Positions 8,890-18,120 of a stretch of DNA of 64,000 bases are shown piece by piece; position 1 is the first letter of the stretch; every line of letters begins with the position of its first letter. The DNA is from Chloroflexota bacterium. Its GTDB lineage: Bacteria; Chloroflexota; UBA11872; VXNJ01. The notes beneath the pieces were generated by a model. That model did no database searches, was not told the DNA's origin, and saw only the letters and a program-made list of their open reading frames with translations. The DNA is taken from contig OZ253449.1 in assembly GCA_965261345.1 (NCBI GenBank), positions 320,001-384,000 on the forward strand, written 5' to 3'. Position numbers and translations under genes: made by a program.

Positions 8890-9828
8890 TCAGTGGCCGA
8901 TCTCATAGCGCAGCAGGCGCGCGTTGATGACGGTAACGGCGGCGATCACCGCAAATAGGGCCACCGAGACCGCCGCGGCGTAGCCCATCTTTAGCGCCAG
9001 AAAAGCTTCTAAGTAGACGAGCATGACGATCGTGACGGTCGAATCGAGCGGGCCGCCGCAGATTCCGATCCCGCCGCCGCACGACATTATGAAAACCTGG
9101 GTGAACATCTGCAGCGCGCCGATGAAATAGACGATGACGACGAAATAGGTGGTCGGGGCGAGCAGGGGCAGCGTGATCCGCCAGAACTTTGAGATCCGAC
9201 CGGCGCCGTCGATTTCGGCGGCCTCGTATAGATGGGGCGCAATTCCCTGCAATCCCGCCAGGTAGATCACCATGTTGAGGCCCATGTTTTTCCAGATGCT
9301 CATCAAGATGATTGCCAAGAGGGAGGTGTCAGGGCTGCGCAACCATTTAAGGATCGGCAAGCCGAGCACATCGAGGATCTGATTGCCGAGTCCAAATTGT
9401 GGTTCGTAGATCCAAAGGAATATCACCGACACCGCCACGAAGGACGAGACCACCGGCATGTAGAACATGGCCCGGAAAAGGTAGATACCGCGGATCGCGC
9501 GATCGATGAGCACCGCCAGCAGAAGCGAGGATGTGACCCCGGCCGGCACCGTGCCCAGGGCGAAGAGCAGGGTGTTGCGCATCGCCGGCAGAAAGCGCGG
9601 GTCCCTGCCGATGTCGGTGAAGTTGTCAACGCCGTTCCAAGTCGGCGCGGTTAGCAGGTCGTAATCGGTCAATGAATAGTAGATCGCACCGACAATCGGG
9701 GCAATTACAAAAATCCCGATAGCTACGACCGATGGCAGTACGAACAGGTAGGCGGTCAGCCCACCGCGGCTGGTCAGCCCGAATCGGCGGCGCCACGTCG
9801 GGCTGCGCCCGCCAACGGCGGTTGACAT
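8890..9828 (-). CDS. Carbohydrate ABC transporter permease (MalF/UgpA-like), copy 2
   Basis: EAA loop GLQGIAPHLYEAAEIDGA; long stretches identical to copy 1 (FRAMFYMPVVSSFVAVSVIFLW, LAIILMSIWKNMGLNMVIYLAGLQGI). ATG at 9828. Confidence 0.9.
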   Translation of the reverse strand: MSTAVGGRSPTWRRRFGLTSRGGLTAYLFVLPSVVAIGIFVIAPIVGAIYYSLTDYDLLTAPTWNGVDNFTDIGRDPRFLPAMRNTLLFALGTVPAGVTSSLLLAVLIDRAIRGIYLFRAMFYMPVVSSFVAVSVIFLWIYEPQFGLGNQILDVLGLPILKWLRSPDTSLLAIILMSIWKNMGLNMVIYLAGLQGIAPHLYEAAEIDGAGRISKFWRITLPLLAPTTYFVVIVYFIGALQMFTQVFIMSCGGGIGICGGPLDSTVTIVMLVYLEAFLALKMGYAAAVSVALFAVIAAVTVINARLLRYEIGH

Positions 9829-9992
9829 GGGCCGCTCCGAGTATTTGATTTGAACGCTGTGCGCGATTATCAGGTTTGCCGCTGGAGAGGTCGGGCGATA
9901 TTGCCAGCGCGGATCTATTCGGTTTCCGGCCGTTGGACAAAATTGCTGTACCGGCCAAAACGCATCATCCGGTCGCCTGCAGGAGAAACCTG

Positions 9993-12035
9993 ATGAGAAT
10001 CCCGAGATGGCCCAAAGGGCCAATGGTGTTCGCGGGGCTGCTGATCGGCTCGATCATGGCGTTGTCCCTGGCCGGTTGTGACCAGGACGCCGAAGCGCCG
10101 GCGCCCGATCCAGCACCGAGCGCCCAGTCGAGTCCGCTGGTCGCCATCGAACCCGAAACTGGCCAGGACCAGCCGGCCATCCAAGTTCCGTCGGCGCGGG
10201 CGGCCACCTATGCGATGGGGGTCTTTTCCGAACCCATTACCGGCAACTACTGGAATTACGTGGGCGGGCCGGGTGGATCGGTGTGGACCGGTTACGCGAT
10301 CGGCGGCTACCATTCGAGCCTTTTTGCCCTTTCCGACCAGCGGTTCGACTGGGTCCCAGCGCTGGCCGCCGATTTTCCCAGTGAGCTGGTGTTAGAGAGC
10401 TTGGTCGGTCGGAACTATTGGACCACCGAGGTCAGCCTACGTCCGGGCGTGCTCTGGAGTGATGGTGGCGAAGTTGACGCCGAAGATGTCAGATTCACGG
10501 TCGAGACGGTGTTGGATCTGAACCTGGGCGCCGGCTGGTCCAATTTTGTTCATCCGGATTTCGTCGACCATATCGAAGTGATCGATTCGCACACCATAAA
10601 GATCTATTTCAGGGCGGCCGATGCCGATGGTCAACCGCAGGTCCCGGGCCTTAGCGTATGGCAGTTCGGACTTGGGTTCATGCCGGTCCTGCCGGAACAC
10701 TACTGGCGGCCGGTGGTGGAGGCCGCCCGGAACGCCGGCGACCAGGTTGCCCAGGTCGAGGCACTCTACGCGCACGTCCCGGTCGGCGAACCTACCAACG
10801 GCGGGTTCGAGCACGTCAAATGGGAGCGCGGAGCGTTTTTCCAGAACACGGCGGCCGAAAATTATTCGTTCGCCGGAACCCAGGTCACCCAGCTCGACGA
10901 CGGATCGATCCGGCGCGTCAACCCCGTGCTTGGATACGAAGAGACGATCTTGGGCGAGGGTGGCGGCGAGGTCGTTCTCGACTATGTGATAGGGCCACAT
11001 TTCGGCGACTCCTATTTCTATGTTTACGGCAACCAGGACACGGCGATATTGGCGCTGACCGACGGTGAGGTCGATTACGTGTTCAATCCACTCGGGCTGG
11101 AGCGGGGATTTCGCGATCGGGCCCAGGCGGCCGGCGATCTGCAAATCGTGTCCAACGCCCCCAATGGCACCCGCTATCTCGGCTTCAACGTCCGCAAGCC
11201 GCCATTTGATTCGATCGCATTCCGCCAAGCGGTGGCAACCCTCATCGACAAAGAGTTCGTGACCCAAACGGTTCTGCAGGCGTCCGCCTTCCCGCAGTAT
11301 TCGATGGTGCCGGAAGGCAATTCGTTCTGGCACAACCCCGACGCCGATCGGATCGGTGAGGGACTGAGCCGGGCCGAGAGGATCGCGCGTGCGGTCGCCC
11401 TGCTCGAGGGCGCCGGATTCCGCTTCGAGCAGAGACCGGTGGTCAGCGAGGACGGCAATTTCGTCGAGATCCGCGGCAGTGGGTTGACAATGCCCGATGG
11501 CCAACCGGTGCCGCCGATGGAATTGATCGCCCCCAGTGCCGGCTACGATCCACTACGGGCCACGTTTGCAATCTGGATCGAGCGCTGGCTCAACGATGTC
11601 GGGATTCCGGCGCGGGCCAACCTGGCCGGCTTCAATGTGATCGTCGACCGGCTGTATTCCGATACGGTGACCGAGGACCTGGACATGTGGATTCTGGGCT
11701 GGGCGTTTGGCATATTCCCCGACCATTTACAGAATTTTTTCCATTCCCGTTACGCGCCCGAGAACCAGAAGGGCGGCAACAACTGGGGAGGATTCGCCGA
11801 TCCGGAATTTGACGCCCTGGCCGATGAGTTCTTAGAAGCTACGACCTTTCCCCGGGCCCAGGAACTGGCGCGGCAGATGCAAGCGTTGATCGCCACCAAG
11901 CTGCCCTATGTGACCCTTTTCGAAACCGCGACTGTCGATGTCTTTCGCCCTTCCAAGGTGGAATTTCCCTATACCGAGGTGCTCGGTGGTATCGAACAGG
12001 CCGGCGGCATGCAGCTAATTGCGCTGATTAAATAA
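9993..12035 (+). CDS. Family-5 ABC transporter substrate-binding lipoprotein (OppA/DppA-like)
   Basis: Lipobox LAGC, Pro/Ala-rich linker, LRPGVLWSDG..VDAEDVRFT and YLGFNVRKPPFD..AFRQAVA motifs; GGAG RBS before ATG 9993. Confidence 0.9.
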   Translation: MRIPRWPKGPMVFAGLLIGSIMALSLAGCDQDAEAPAPDPAPSAQSSPLVAIEPETGQDQPAIQVPSARAATYAMGVFSEPITGNYWNYVGGPGGSVWTGYAIGGYHSSLFALSDQRFDWVPALAADFPSELVLESLVGRNYWTTEVSLRPGVLWSDGGEVDAEDVRFTVETVLDLNLGAGWSNFVHPDFVDHIEVIDSHTIKIYFRAADADGQPQVPGLSVWQFGLGFMPVLPEHYWRPVVEAARNAGDQVAQVEALYAHVPVGEPTNGGFEHVKWERGAFFQNTAAENYSFAGTQVTQLDDGSIRRVNPVLGYEETILGEGGGEVVLDYVIGPHFGDSYFYVYGNQDTAILALTDGEVDYVFNPLGLERGFRDRAQAAGDLQIVSNAPNGTRYLGFNVRKPPFDSIAFRQAVATLIDKEFVTQTVLQASAFPQYSMVPEGNSFWHNPDADRIGEGLSRAERIARAVALLEGAGFRFEQRPVVSEDGNFVEIRGSGLTMPDGQPVPPMELIAPSAGYDPLRATFAIWIERWLNDVGIPARANLAGFNVIVDRLYSDTVTEDLDMWILGWAFGIFPDHLQNFFHSRYAPENQKGGNNWGGFADPEFDALADEFLEATTFPRAQELARQMQALIATKLPYVTLFETATVDVFRPSKVEFPYTEVLGGIEQAGGMQLIALIK

Positions 12036-12088
12036 TTCGGTCGCCAACGGCCGCGACGCACGTGTTGAAAAACGACCCGGGGTAACCG

Positions 12089-13237
12089 ATGAAAAGCTAC
12101 CTGTTGCGCCGTGGATTGCAGATGCTTGTCACCCTGTTCCTGTTCATCACCGCGGTTTTTTTCCTGGTCAACGCCCAGCCCGGCGACGTGAGCAATTTTT
12201 TTGCCCTGGACCCCAACGTCCCGCCGGAGACCCGGGCGCTGATCCAGGCTCGGTTCGGCCTCGACCAACCGCTCTGGCGGCAATACCTTAGCTACCTGGG
12301 CAACATCGTAACCGGAGATTTCGGCACCTCGTTTTCGCTGTATCCGCGCAGCGTCGGCGAGATCATTGCCGAGCGCCTGCCGCGAACGGTGATGCTGTTT
12401 TCCACCGCCGCGGTGGCCTCCTTTTATCTGGGATTTGCGCTCGGCAAAATATTGGCCTGGCGGCGCGGTGAGTTTTTCGAATATGCGGCCACCATTGGCG
12501 GGGTTTCGCTCTATACCGTTTTCACGCCCTGGTTTGCGCTGATGATGATCTGGTTTTTCGCCCACCAGCTGGATTGGTTTCCGATCGGCAAATTCCTTGA
12601 CCCCCAGGTCTGGTCCAACGCCCCGATCGAGGCCAACACGCTGTTTGGGCAACTGCTGCTGGCGGTCCTGGCATCCACGGTCGTTGGCACCGCCGTGCTG
12701 CTGGTAGCCCGCCGGCGGCGCTGGCCCAACCCGGTTCCGATCGCGGCCGCATCGGTGGGAGTTTCGCTGGCGGTCGCATTCGGTATCTGGTCTGGCACGG
12801 GCACCGCCTATCTGGCCTTCGACATCGTTTCACACATGGCCTTGCCGGTGGCCACCCTGACCCTCATCTCGTTTGCCGGAACGATGCTGCTGACCCGCAA
12901 CAGCATGCTGGAGACCATGTCGGAGGACTACGTCTTGGCGGCCCGCGCCAAGGGCCTGCCGGAAGCGGTCGTGCGCGACCGCCACGTGGCCCGCAACGCG
13001 ATGTTGCCGGTGATAACCAGCCTGGTTTTCTCACTCGCGTTTGCCATCGATGGCGGTGTGATCATCGAGACGATCTTTTCCTGGCCGGGCATGGGGCAGA
13101 CGCTGGTGGCGGCCGCCCTGGCCGAAGACCTGCCGCTGGCGGTCGGGGCCTTCGTGTTTGTTGGCCTGTTCGTCCTGGCGGCGCATTTGGTCGTCGATGT
13201 GCTCTACGTAGTACTCGACCCGCGGATCCGCTACTAG
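12089..13237 (+). CDS. Peptide/nickel ABC permease (DppB/OppB-like)
   Basis: FGLDQPLWRQY...GDFGTS, EDYVLAARAKGL, IETIFSWPGMG and LDPRIRY motifs. Confidence 0.92.
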   Translation: MKSYLLRRGLQMLVTLFLFITAVFFLVNAQPGDVSNFFALDPNVPPETRALIQARFGLDQPLWRQYLSYLGNIVTGDFGTSFSLYPRSVGEIIAERLPRTVMLFSTAAVASFYLGFALGKILAWRRGEFFEYAATIGGVSLYTVFTPWFALMMIWFFAHQLDWFPIGKFLDPQVWSNAPIEANTLFGQLLLAVLASTVVGTAVLLVARRRRWPNPVPIAAASVGVSLAVAFGIWSGTGTAYLAFDIVSHMALPVATLTLISFAGTMLLTRNSMLETMSEDYVLAARAKGLPEAVVRDRHVARNAMLPVITSLVFSLAFAIDGGVIIETIFSWPGMGQTLVAAALAEDLPLAVGAFVFVGLFVLAAHLVVDVLYVVLDPRIRY

Positions 13238-14188
13238 ATGCGCTCGGCAACCGCTCCGCCGGCCGGTTCGATCGACATCTTGCGGATGCGATTGGGGTTA
13301 TTGGGTCAAACCTCCAAACGGAACTGGCGCCTTTTCGCCGCCACCCGCATCGGCATCGTCGGGTTGGTCATCATCGCCGCCTACGCATTGATGGCGATCG
13401 CCCACCCGCTGCTAATGGCAACCCTGTGGGATCCGGCGATATACGATCCGGTGGTCGGCTACGCATTCGACTCGACCGTCCAGCCGGCGCCACCCAGCGC
13501 CGCGCACCTTCTCGGGACCGATCCGCTGGGGCGCGATATTTTTTCGCAGCTGATGTTTTCGGCCAGAACCGAATTTCTACTCGGATTGGCCGCCGCGGTC
13601 ATAACCGTGACCATCGGCACCACCGTAGGGGCGATCGCCGCCTACTTCGGCGGGGCGGTCGACGCAATCCTGATGCGACTGGCCGACATCATGATCATGA
13701 TTCCCGGGATAAGCGTGCTGATTGTGCTCTCGGCCCTGATCGGCGTTCAGCATTTTGAATTGGCCCTAATAATCGGCATCCTCTCCGGATTCGGCGGGAC
13801 CGCGGTGCTGCTTAAAGCGCAGGCCCTGAGCGTGGTGGTCAGGCCCTATATCGAGGCCGCCCGGGCCGCCGGTGGCGGCCCGCTGCACATCATCTTCATT
13901 CACATCGTGCCCAACCTGCTACCACTGTCATTTCTCTATATGATGTTCACCGTCACCGCGGCAATTTTTTCCGAAGCGGTGCTCTCGTTCCTGGGACTGC
14001 TCGACGTGCGCATGTCCTGGGGGCTGATGATCCACACCACCGAGTCGGCCGGTTATCTGGTCGATACCGGACGGTACTGGTGGCTGGTGCTGCCGGCCAG
14101 CCTGTCGATAACCCTGCTCTGTTCGTCGTTCTATCTGGTCGGCCGGGCACTGGACGAGGTCGTTAATCCAAGATTGCGGCGCCGGTGA
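13238..14188 (+). CDS. Peptide/nickel ABC permease (DppC/OppC-like)
   Basis: HLLGTDPLGRD, YIEAARAAG, HIVPN and EAVLSFLGL motifs. Confidence 0.92.
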   Translation: MRSATAPPAGSIDILRMRLGLLGQTSKRNWRLFAATRIGIVGLVIIAAYALMAIAHPLLMATLWDPAIYDPVVGYAFDSTVQPAPPSAAHLLGTDPLGRDIFSQLMFSARTEFLLGLAAAVITVTIGTTVGAIAAYFGGAVDAILMRLADIMIMIPGISVLIVLSALIGVQHFELALIIGILSGFGGTAVLLKAQALSVVVRPYIEAARAAGGGPLHIIFIHIVPNLLPLSFLYMMFTVTAAIFSEAVLSFLGLLDVRMSWGLMIHTTESAGYLVDTGRYWWLVLPASLSITLLCSSFYLVGRALDEVVNPRLRRR

Positions 14189-15147
14189 GCGGGCAACCGC
14201 TCCTGGCGGTGGAGAACCTGTCGGTCGAATACGCGACCGCGGCCGGTCCAATCCGGGCGGTAAGCCAAGCCTCGTTCACCGTGAACGCGGGAGAGGCGCT
14301 GGGAATAGTTGGCGAATCGGGCTGCGGAAAATCCACCATCGCCAATTCGTTGCTGCGGCTCCTGCCCGGGAACGGCCAGATCACCGCCGGAAGAATAAGT
14401 CTGGATGGGCATGACCTGGTCACGCTGCCTGAGCCGGAGTTGCGCCAGATCCGCGGCAACCAGGTCGCGATGGTTTTCCAGGCGGCCATGAACTCGCTCA
14501 ACCCGGTCTACCGGGTCGGCGACCAGATCGTCGAGGCGATGGAGCAGCACCTTGACCGGCCGCGTCCGTCGTTGATCGCGCGGATGGAAGAACTCTACGA
14601 TTTGGTCGGATTGGATCGCTCGGCGATTTGGCGTTACCCGCACCAGTACAGCGGCGGGATGAAGCAACGCGCCGTCATCGCCATGGCGCTCTCGTGCGAC
14701 CCGGCGCTGCTGGTTGCCGACGAACCAACCACCGCACTTGACGTGATTGTCCAAGACCAGATTCTTAGAAAACTGCAACAAATCCGGCAGCAGCGATCGA
14801 CCGCGATGATCTTGATCTCGCACGACTTGGGCGTCATTGCCCGGGTCTGCGACCATCTCGCGATCATGTACGCCGGTCAGGTGATCGAATTCGGGCCGAC
14901 CGGGCAGGTCCTGGCCAATCCGATTCACCGCTATTCGCAAGCTCTGATCGCCGGCATCCCCAATCTGCACGGTCCAAAAAGCGAACTCGCGTTGGTTGCC
15001 GGGGAACCGCCCGACCTGCTTGAAACCCCGCCCGGCTGCCGGTTTCACCCTCGCTGCCCGCACCTTACCACCGACTGCCCGGTCGGTCCCGCACCGACGG
15101 TGGTACGCGGACTACACTGGGCGCTGTGCTGGAATCCGGCCAATTGA
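14185..15147 (+). CDS. Peptide ABC ATP-binding protein (DppD/OppD-like)
   Basis: GESGCGKS, YPHQYSGGMKQR, ADEPTTALD and C-terminal GCRFHPRC. Confidence 0.93.
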   Translation: MSGQPLLAVENLSVEYATAAGPIRAVSQASFTVNAGEALGIVGESGCGKSTIANSLLRLLPGNGQITAGRISLDGHDLVTLPEPELRQIRGNQVAMVFQAAMNSLNPVYRVGDQIVEAMEQHLDRPRPSLIARMEELYDLVGLDRSAIWRYPHQYSGGMKQRAVIAMALSCDPALLVADEPTTALDVIVQDQILRKLQQIRQQRSTAMILISHDLGVIARVCDHLAIMYAGQVIEFGPTGQVLANPIHRYSQALIAGIPNLHGPKSELALVAGEPPDLLETPPGCRFHPRCPHLTTDCPVGPAPTVVRGLHWALCWNPAN

Positions 15148-15160
15148 TAGCGGTTCGCAG

Positions 15161-16012
15161 GTGAGCTCAGATCGGCCGCTGGTCCAGGTAATCGAACTGA
15201 CCAAGCAGTTTCCGGCCGGATCCGACCTGTTCGGGAAGCGCGGGGGAAGCCTCACCGCCGTTGACGCGGTCAGTTTCACGATCGCTGCCGGGGAGAGCTT
15301 CGGGCTGGTCGGTGGATCGGGCAGCGGCAAGACCACCACCGGCCGCATGCTGGTCCGGCTCGAGAACCCCAGCGGCGGCCGCATCCTGTTTGACCAGGGC
15401 GCAGGCGGGGTGGTTGATGTCGCCAGTCTGCGCCGAGGCTCGTTGAAGGCGTTCCGGCGCCAGGTGCAGATCATATTCCAGGACCCCTACGAATCGCTGA
15501 ACCCACGCCGAACTGTGTTCGACAGCGTTGTCGAACCGTTGCGGGTGCATCGCATCGGCGGACCGGCGCAATGGATTGACCGGGCCGGCGCGGTCCTTGA
15601 CCAGGTCGGCCTCGCACCGCCGCCGACATTCCTGTTCCGCTATCCGCACGAGCTCTCCGGCGGCCAGCGGCAGCGGGTGGCGATCGCCCGGGCGCTGGTG
15701 ATTGAGCCGCTATTGGTAGTGGCCGATGAGCCGACTTCGATGCTCGACGTCTCGGTCCGGGCCGGGGTGATCGAGTTGCTGCGACGGCTGGGCCGACAAC
15801 TGGGTGTCGCCTACCTGTTCATCACCCACGATCTGGCGGTCGCACGCTACATGTGCGACCGAATGGCGGTAATGGAGCGGGGCCGGATCGTCGAGCAGGG
15901 ACCAGTTGAACAGATCCTGCAGCAACCGCAACACCCCTATTCGCGGGCACTACTGGCCGCGGCCGATTATTTCGGGCCCGCCGGTCGGGCGAGCGATCCT
16001 CCCGTCCGATAA
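15161..16012 (+). CDS. Peptide ABC ATP-binding protein (DppF/OppF-like)
   Basis: GGSGSGKTT, FQDPY, YPHELSGGQRQR and ADEPTSMLD; GTG at 15161 chosen. Confidence 0.92.
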   Translation: MSSDRPLVQVIELTKQFPAGSDLFGKRGGSLTAVDAVSFTIAAGESFGLVGGSGSGKTTTGRMLVRLENPSGGRILFDQGAGGVVDVASLRRGSLKAFRRQVQIIFQDPYESLNPRRTVFDSVVEPLRVHRIGGPAQWIDRAGAVLDQVGLAPPPTFLFRYPHELSGGQRQRVAIARALVIEPLLVVADEPTSMLDVSVRAGVIELLRRLGRQLGVAYLFITHDLAVARYMCDRMAVMERGRIVEQGPVEQILQQPQHPYSRALLAAADYFGPAGRASDPPVR

Positions 16013-16018
16013 AGGGGC

Positions 16019-16040
16019 GGCTACGGGCCGGCCCGTAGCC
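16019..16040. terminator. Perfect 22-bp palindrome between convergent genes (probable bidirectional terminator)
   Basis: ggctacgggccggcccgtagcc is self-complementary; there is no U-tract. Confidence 0.55.
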
Positions 16041-16049
16041 CGGTTGCCG

Positions 16050-16931
16050 TTAGTTGTAATCCCCGTGAGCGCCGGTTCCGCTGGGGTCGATCAATTCATC
16101 GGCCCCGCAGAGATACCTCCACCAGCGGGCCCGTTCCGACACCAGCCAGGCGTTTTCTCCAGTGAGGGCATGGGTGTCCTTGCTCATTAGAAACAGGCGC
16201 CGGATTTGCCGGCTGTCCCATCCCTCGGTATTGAAGGTTGCGCGCTGGGCGGTGCGCGGGTTGTAGCGGATCTTGAACATGAAGCGATGCTGGTCGGTCG
16301 CGTTGGTTTGAGCACAGTGCCAGATCGCCTCGTGCATGAAGCAGATCCGACCGCCGCGCCCGGCCAGACGCTTTTGTCCGACGATGTTCTTGTAGCGGCC
16401 GGTGTCGGGGCCCAGCATTGAGCGCATGTGCGATCCCGGCAGGACCAGGGTCGGGCCCATCTCATAGGGAACGCCGTGGGCAAAGTAGGCGGTGAGGATA
16501 TCGAATGAATAGGGATGGATGCCGGGCAGCCGGACCTGGCGACGACCCCCGGAATCCACGTGCCACATCTGGGCCTCTTGCTGATTGGGGTAGGTCACGT
16601 GCAGCGCCGAGTGGTTCTGCACATGACCTGGCCCCAACAGGCTCTGCAGAATCCCCCGCACCGCCGGGAGCTGATGAATCTTGCGGATTGCCGCCGAATG
16701 ATTGAAAAATCCGTCCTTGTTGTCGGTAATGTGCCAGGCAAATTCGGCCTTGCGACCGGAATCGTCGACCGCCGTCTGCTCGTCGGCAAAGGCCTGTTGG
16801 TTGAGTTCGTCCGGGATCAGACCGTCAAATTCCAAGTAACCGTCGATGACGAACCTGGCCATTTGTTCAACGCCCAGCAGGTGTTCGCTACCAACTGGCG
16901 CCAATTCCGGCCGCGTGTCCAACGTTGTCAA
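16050..16931 (-). CDS. Phytanoyl-CoA dioxygenase (PhyH)-like Fe(II)/2-oxoglutarate dioxygenase
   Basis: FVIDGYL, WHVD (HxD), GPTLVLPGSH, WHCA (distal His) and RFMFK (Arg); GGAGG RBS before TTG. Confidence 0.85.
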   Translation of the reverse strand: MTTLDTRPELAPVGSEHLLGVEQMARFVIDGYLEFDGLIPDELNQQAFADEQTAVDDSGRKAEFAWHITDNKDGFFNHSAAIRKIHQLPAVRGILQSLLGPGHVQNHSALHVTYPNQQEAQMWHVDSGGRRQVRLPGIHPYSFDILTAYFAHGVPYEMGPTLVLPGSHMRSMLGPDTGRYKNIVGQKRLAGRGGRICFMHEAIWHCAQTNATDQHRFMFKIRYNPRTAQRATFNTEGWDSRQIRRLFLMSKDTHALTGENAWLVSERARWWRYLCGADELIDPSGTGAHGDYN

Positions 16932-16968
16932 GGATTAGCCTCCGCCCGGTGGCGCGCGTTTTTAGCCG

Positions 16969-17235
16969 TCAATCGACCAGTTTTTCAAGCATGTATTCGT
17001 TGGCCAGGCCGCCCAGTCCCTGGCCCGCGCTGCGCTCGGGCACGGGCGAGGCCTGGAGAACCCGCCAGCCGTCGCGCAAGGCCGCCATCGCGGTCGGATA
17101 AGGCGGGATGTTTTCACTTCCGGCCTGCATCTGCACCTCGTCGGCGTTCAGCGACCCGTCGTAGAGCGCCCAGGCAACGACCTCAGAGTTGAGATCGCCG
17201 TTGCGAAGGTTTAGGAAAAGGAGTTTTTGCCGCAC
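16969..17235 (-). CDS. Small hypothetical protein upstream of the PhyH-like gene
   Basis: 88-aa ORF with globular composition (VVAWALYDG...PYPTAMAALRDGWRVLQ), co-oriented with and 37 nt upstream of the dioxygenase. Confidence 0.7.
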   Translation of the reverse strand: MRQKLLFLNLRNGDLNSEVVAWALYDGSLNADEVQMQAGSENIPPYPTAMAALRDGWRVLQASPVPERSAGQGLGGLANEYMLEKLVD

Positions 17236-17292
17236 TGTTATCCGGGTGTTGCAACGTTGGCCGTGAGTCTCCGAAAATGTTACCCACGCAAG

Positions 17293-18000
17293 TTATTCGG
17301 CGGCGGCGGCTTGCTGCGGCGGCAGGGGCGGCGGCGAAATTTGGCCGGGTTGACCCAGAGACGGCTCGAACCCGAAGCTGCTGGCAAAAACGAACCGGAA
17401 TTGCTCGGCAGCGGCGGCCACCGTCACCGGTTGGCGCAACTGCTCGGCAATCGTGGTCACCGGCGCCCCGGCCAACCCGCAGGGAATGATCGCCGCGAAA
17501 GGGTTCAGGTCCAGATCGACATTAATCGCCACCCCGTGGCGGGTCACGCCGCGCTGGCAGCGCACTCCGACTGCGGCGATCTTGGCGCCGCCAACCCAGA
17601 CGCCGGGGCGCCGCGGATCGGCGGAAGCCGCGATTGCAAATCGGTCGAGGACCGCGATGATTGCGTCCTCGAGGCGGTGCACGTAGTCCGATGGTCCAAG
17701 GCCGAGCCGGCTCAACAGCAGGATCGGGTAGGCCACCAGTTGACCGGGCCCATGGTAGGTGATGTCCCCGCCGCGATCAACGTCCACAACCTCCACCCCA
17801 CTGGCGCTCAACTCCTCTTCGGCAGCCAGCAGATTGGCCCGCCCGCCACGCGCGCCCATCGTATAAACCGGTTCGTGCTCAAGCAGCCCGAGGGTGTCCG
17901 GGGAACTTCCCGAGCGCACGCGGTTGGCGGTGGCATACTGCCAAGCCAAGCCGTCCCGGTAGGCAATCCGGCCCAGATGATGGACGTGGAGATCTAGCAT
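17293..18000 (-). CDS. lipB: Octanoyltransferase
   Basis: LLEHEPVYTMG, DRGGDITYHGPGQLVAY, KIAAVG and IIPCG motifs. Confidence 0.95.
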   Translation of the reverse strand: MLDLHVHHLGRIAYRDGLAWQYATANRVRSGSSPDTLGLLEHEPVYTMGARGGRANLLAAEEELSASGVEVVDVDRGGDITYHGPGQLVAYPILLLSRLGLGPSDYVHRLEDAIIAVLDRFAIAASADPRRPGVWVGGAKIAAVGVRCQRGVTRHGVAINVDLDLNPFAAIIPCGLAGAPVTTIAEQLRQPVTVAAAAEQFRFVFASSFGFEPSLGQPGQISPPPLPPQQAAAAE

Positions 18001-18120
18001 GTTCGTACTTTAAAGTGTGCGACGCATCCTCACCGGCGGCGGGCCGATGCCCAATTAACATTAATTCGGAAGTCATTTTCAGCGACGGCGCCACACGGCC
18101 AAACGGGTAACGCTTAATCG

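Noticed and set aside
10437-15063. Long antisense ORFs (e.g. 10437-11504, 14131-15063; similar ones opposite lpdA, hsdR and ccmF)
   Set aside because: Typical high-GC antisense open frames opposite well-supported genes, with no motifs.
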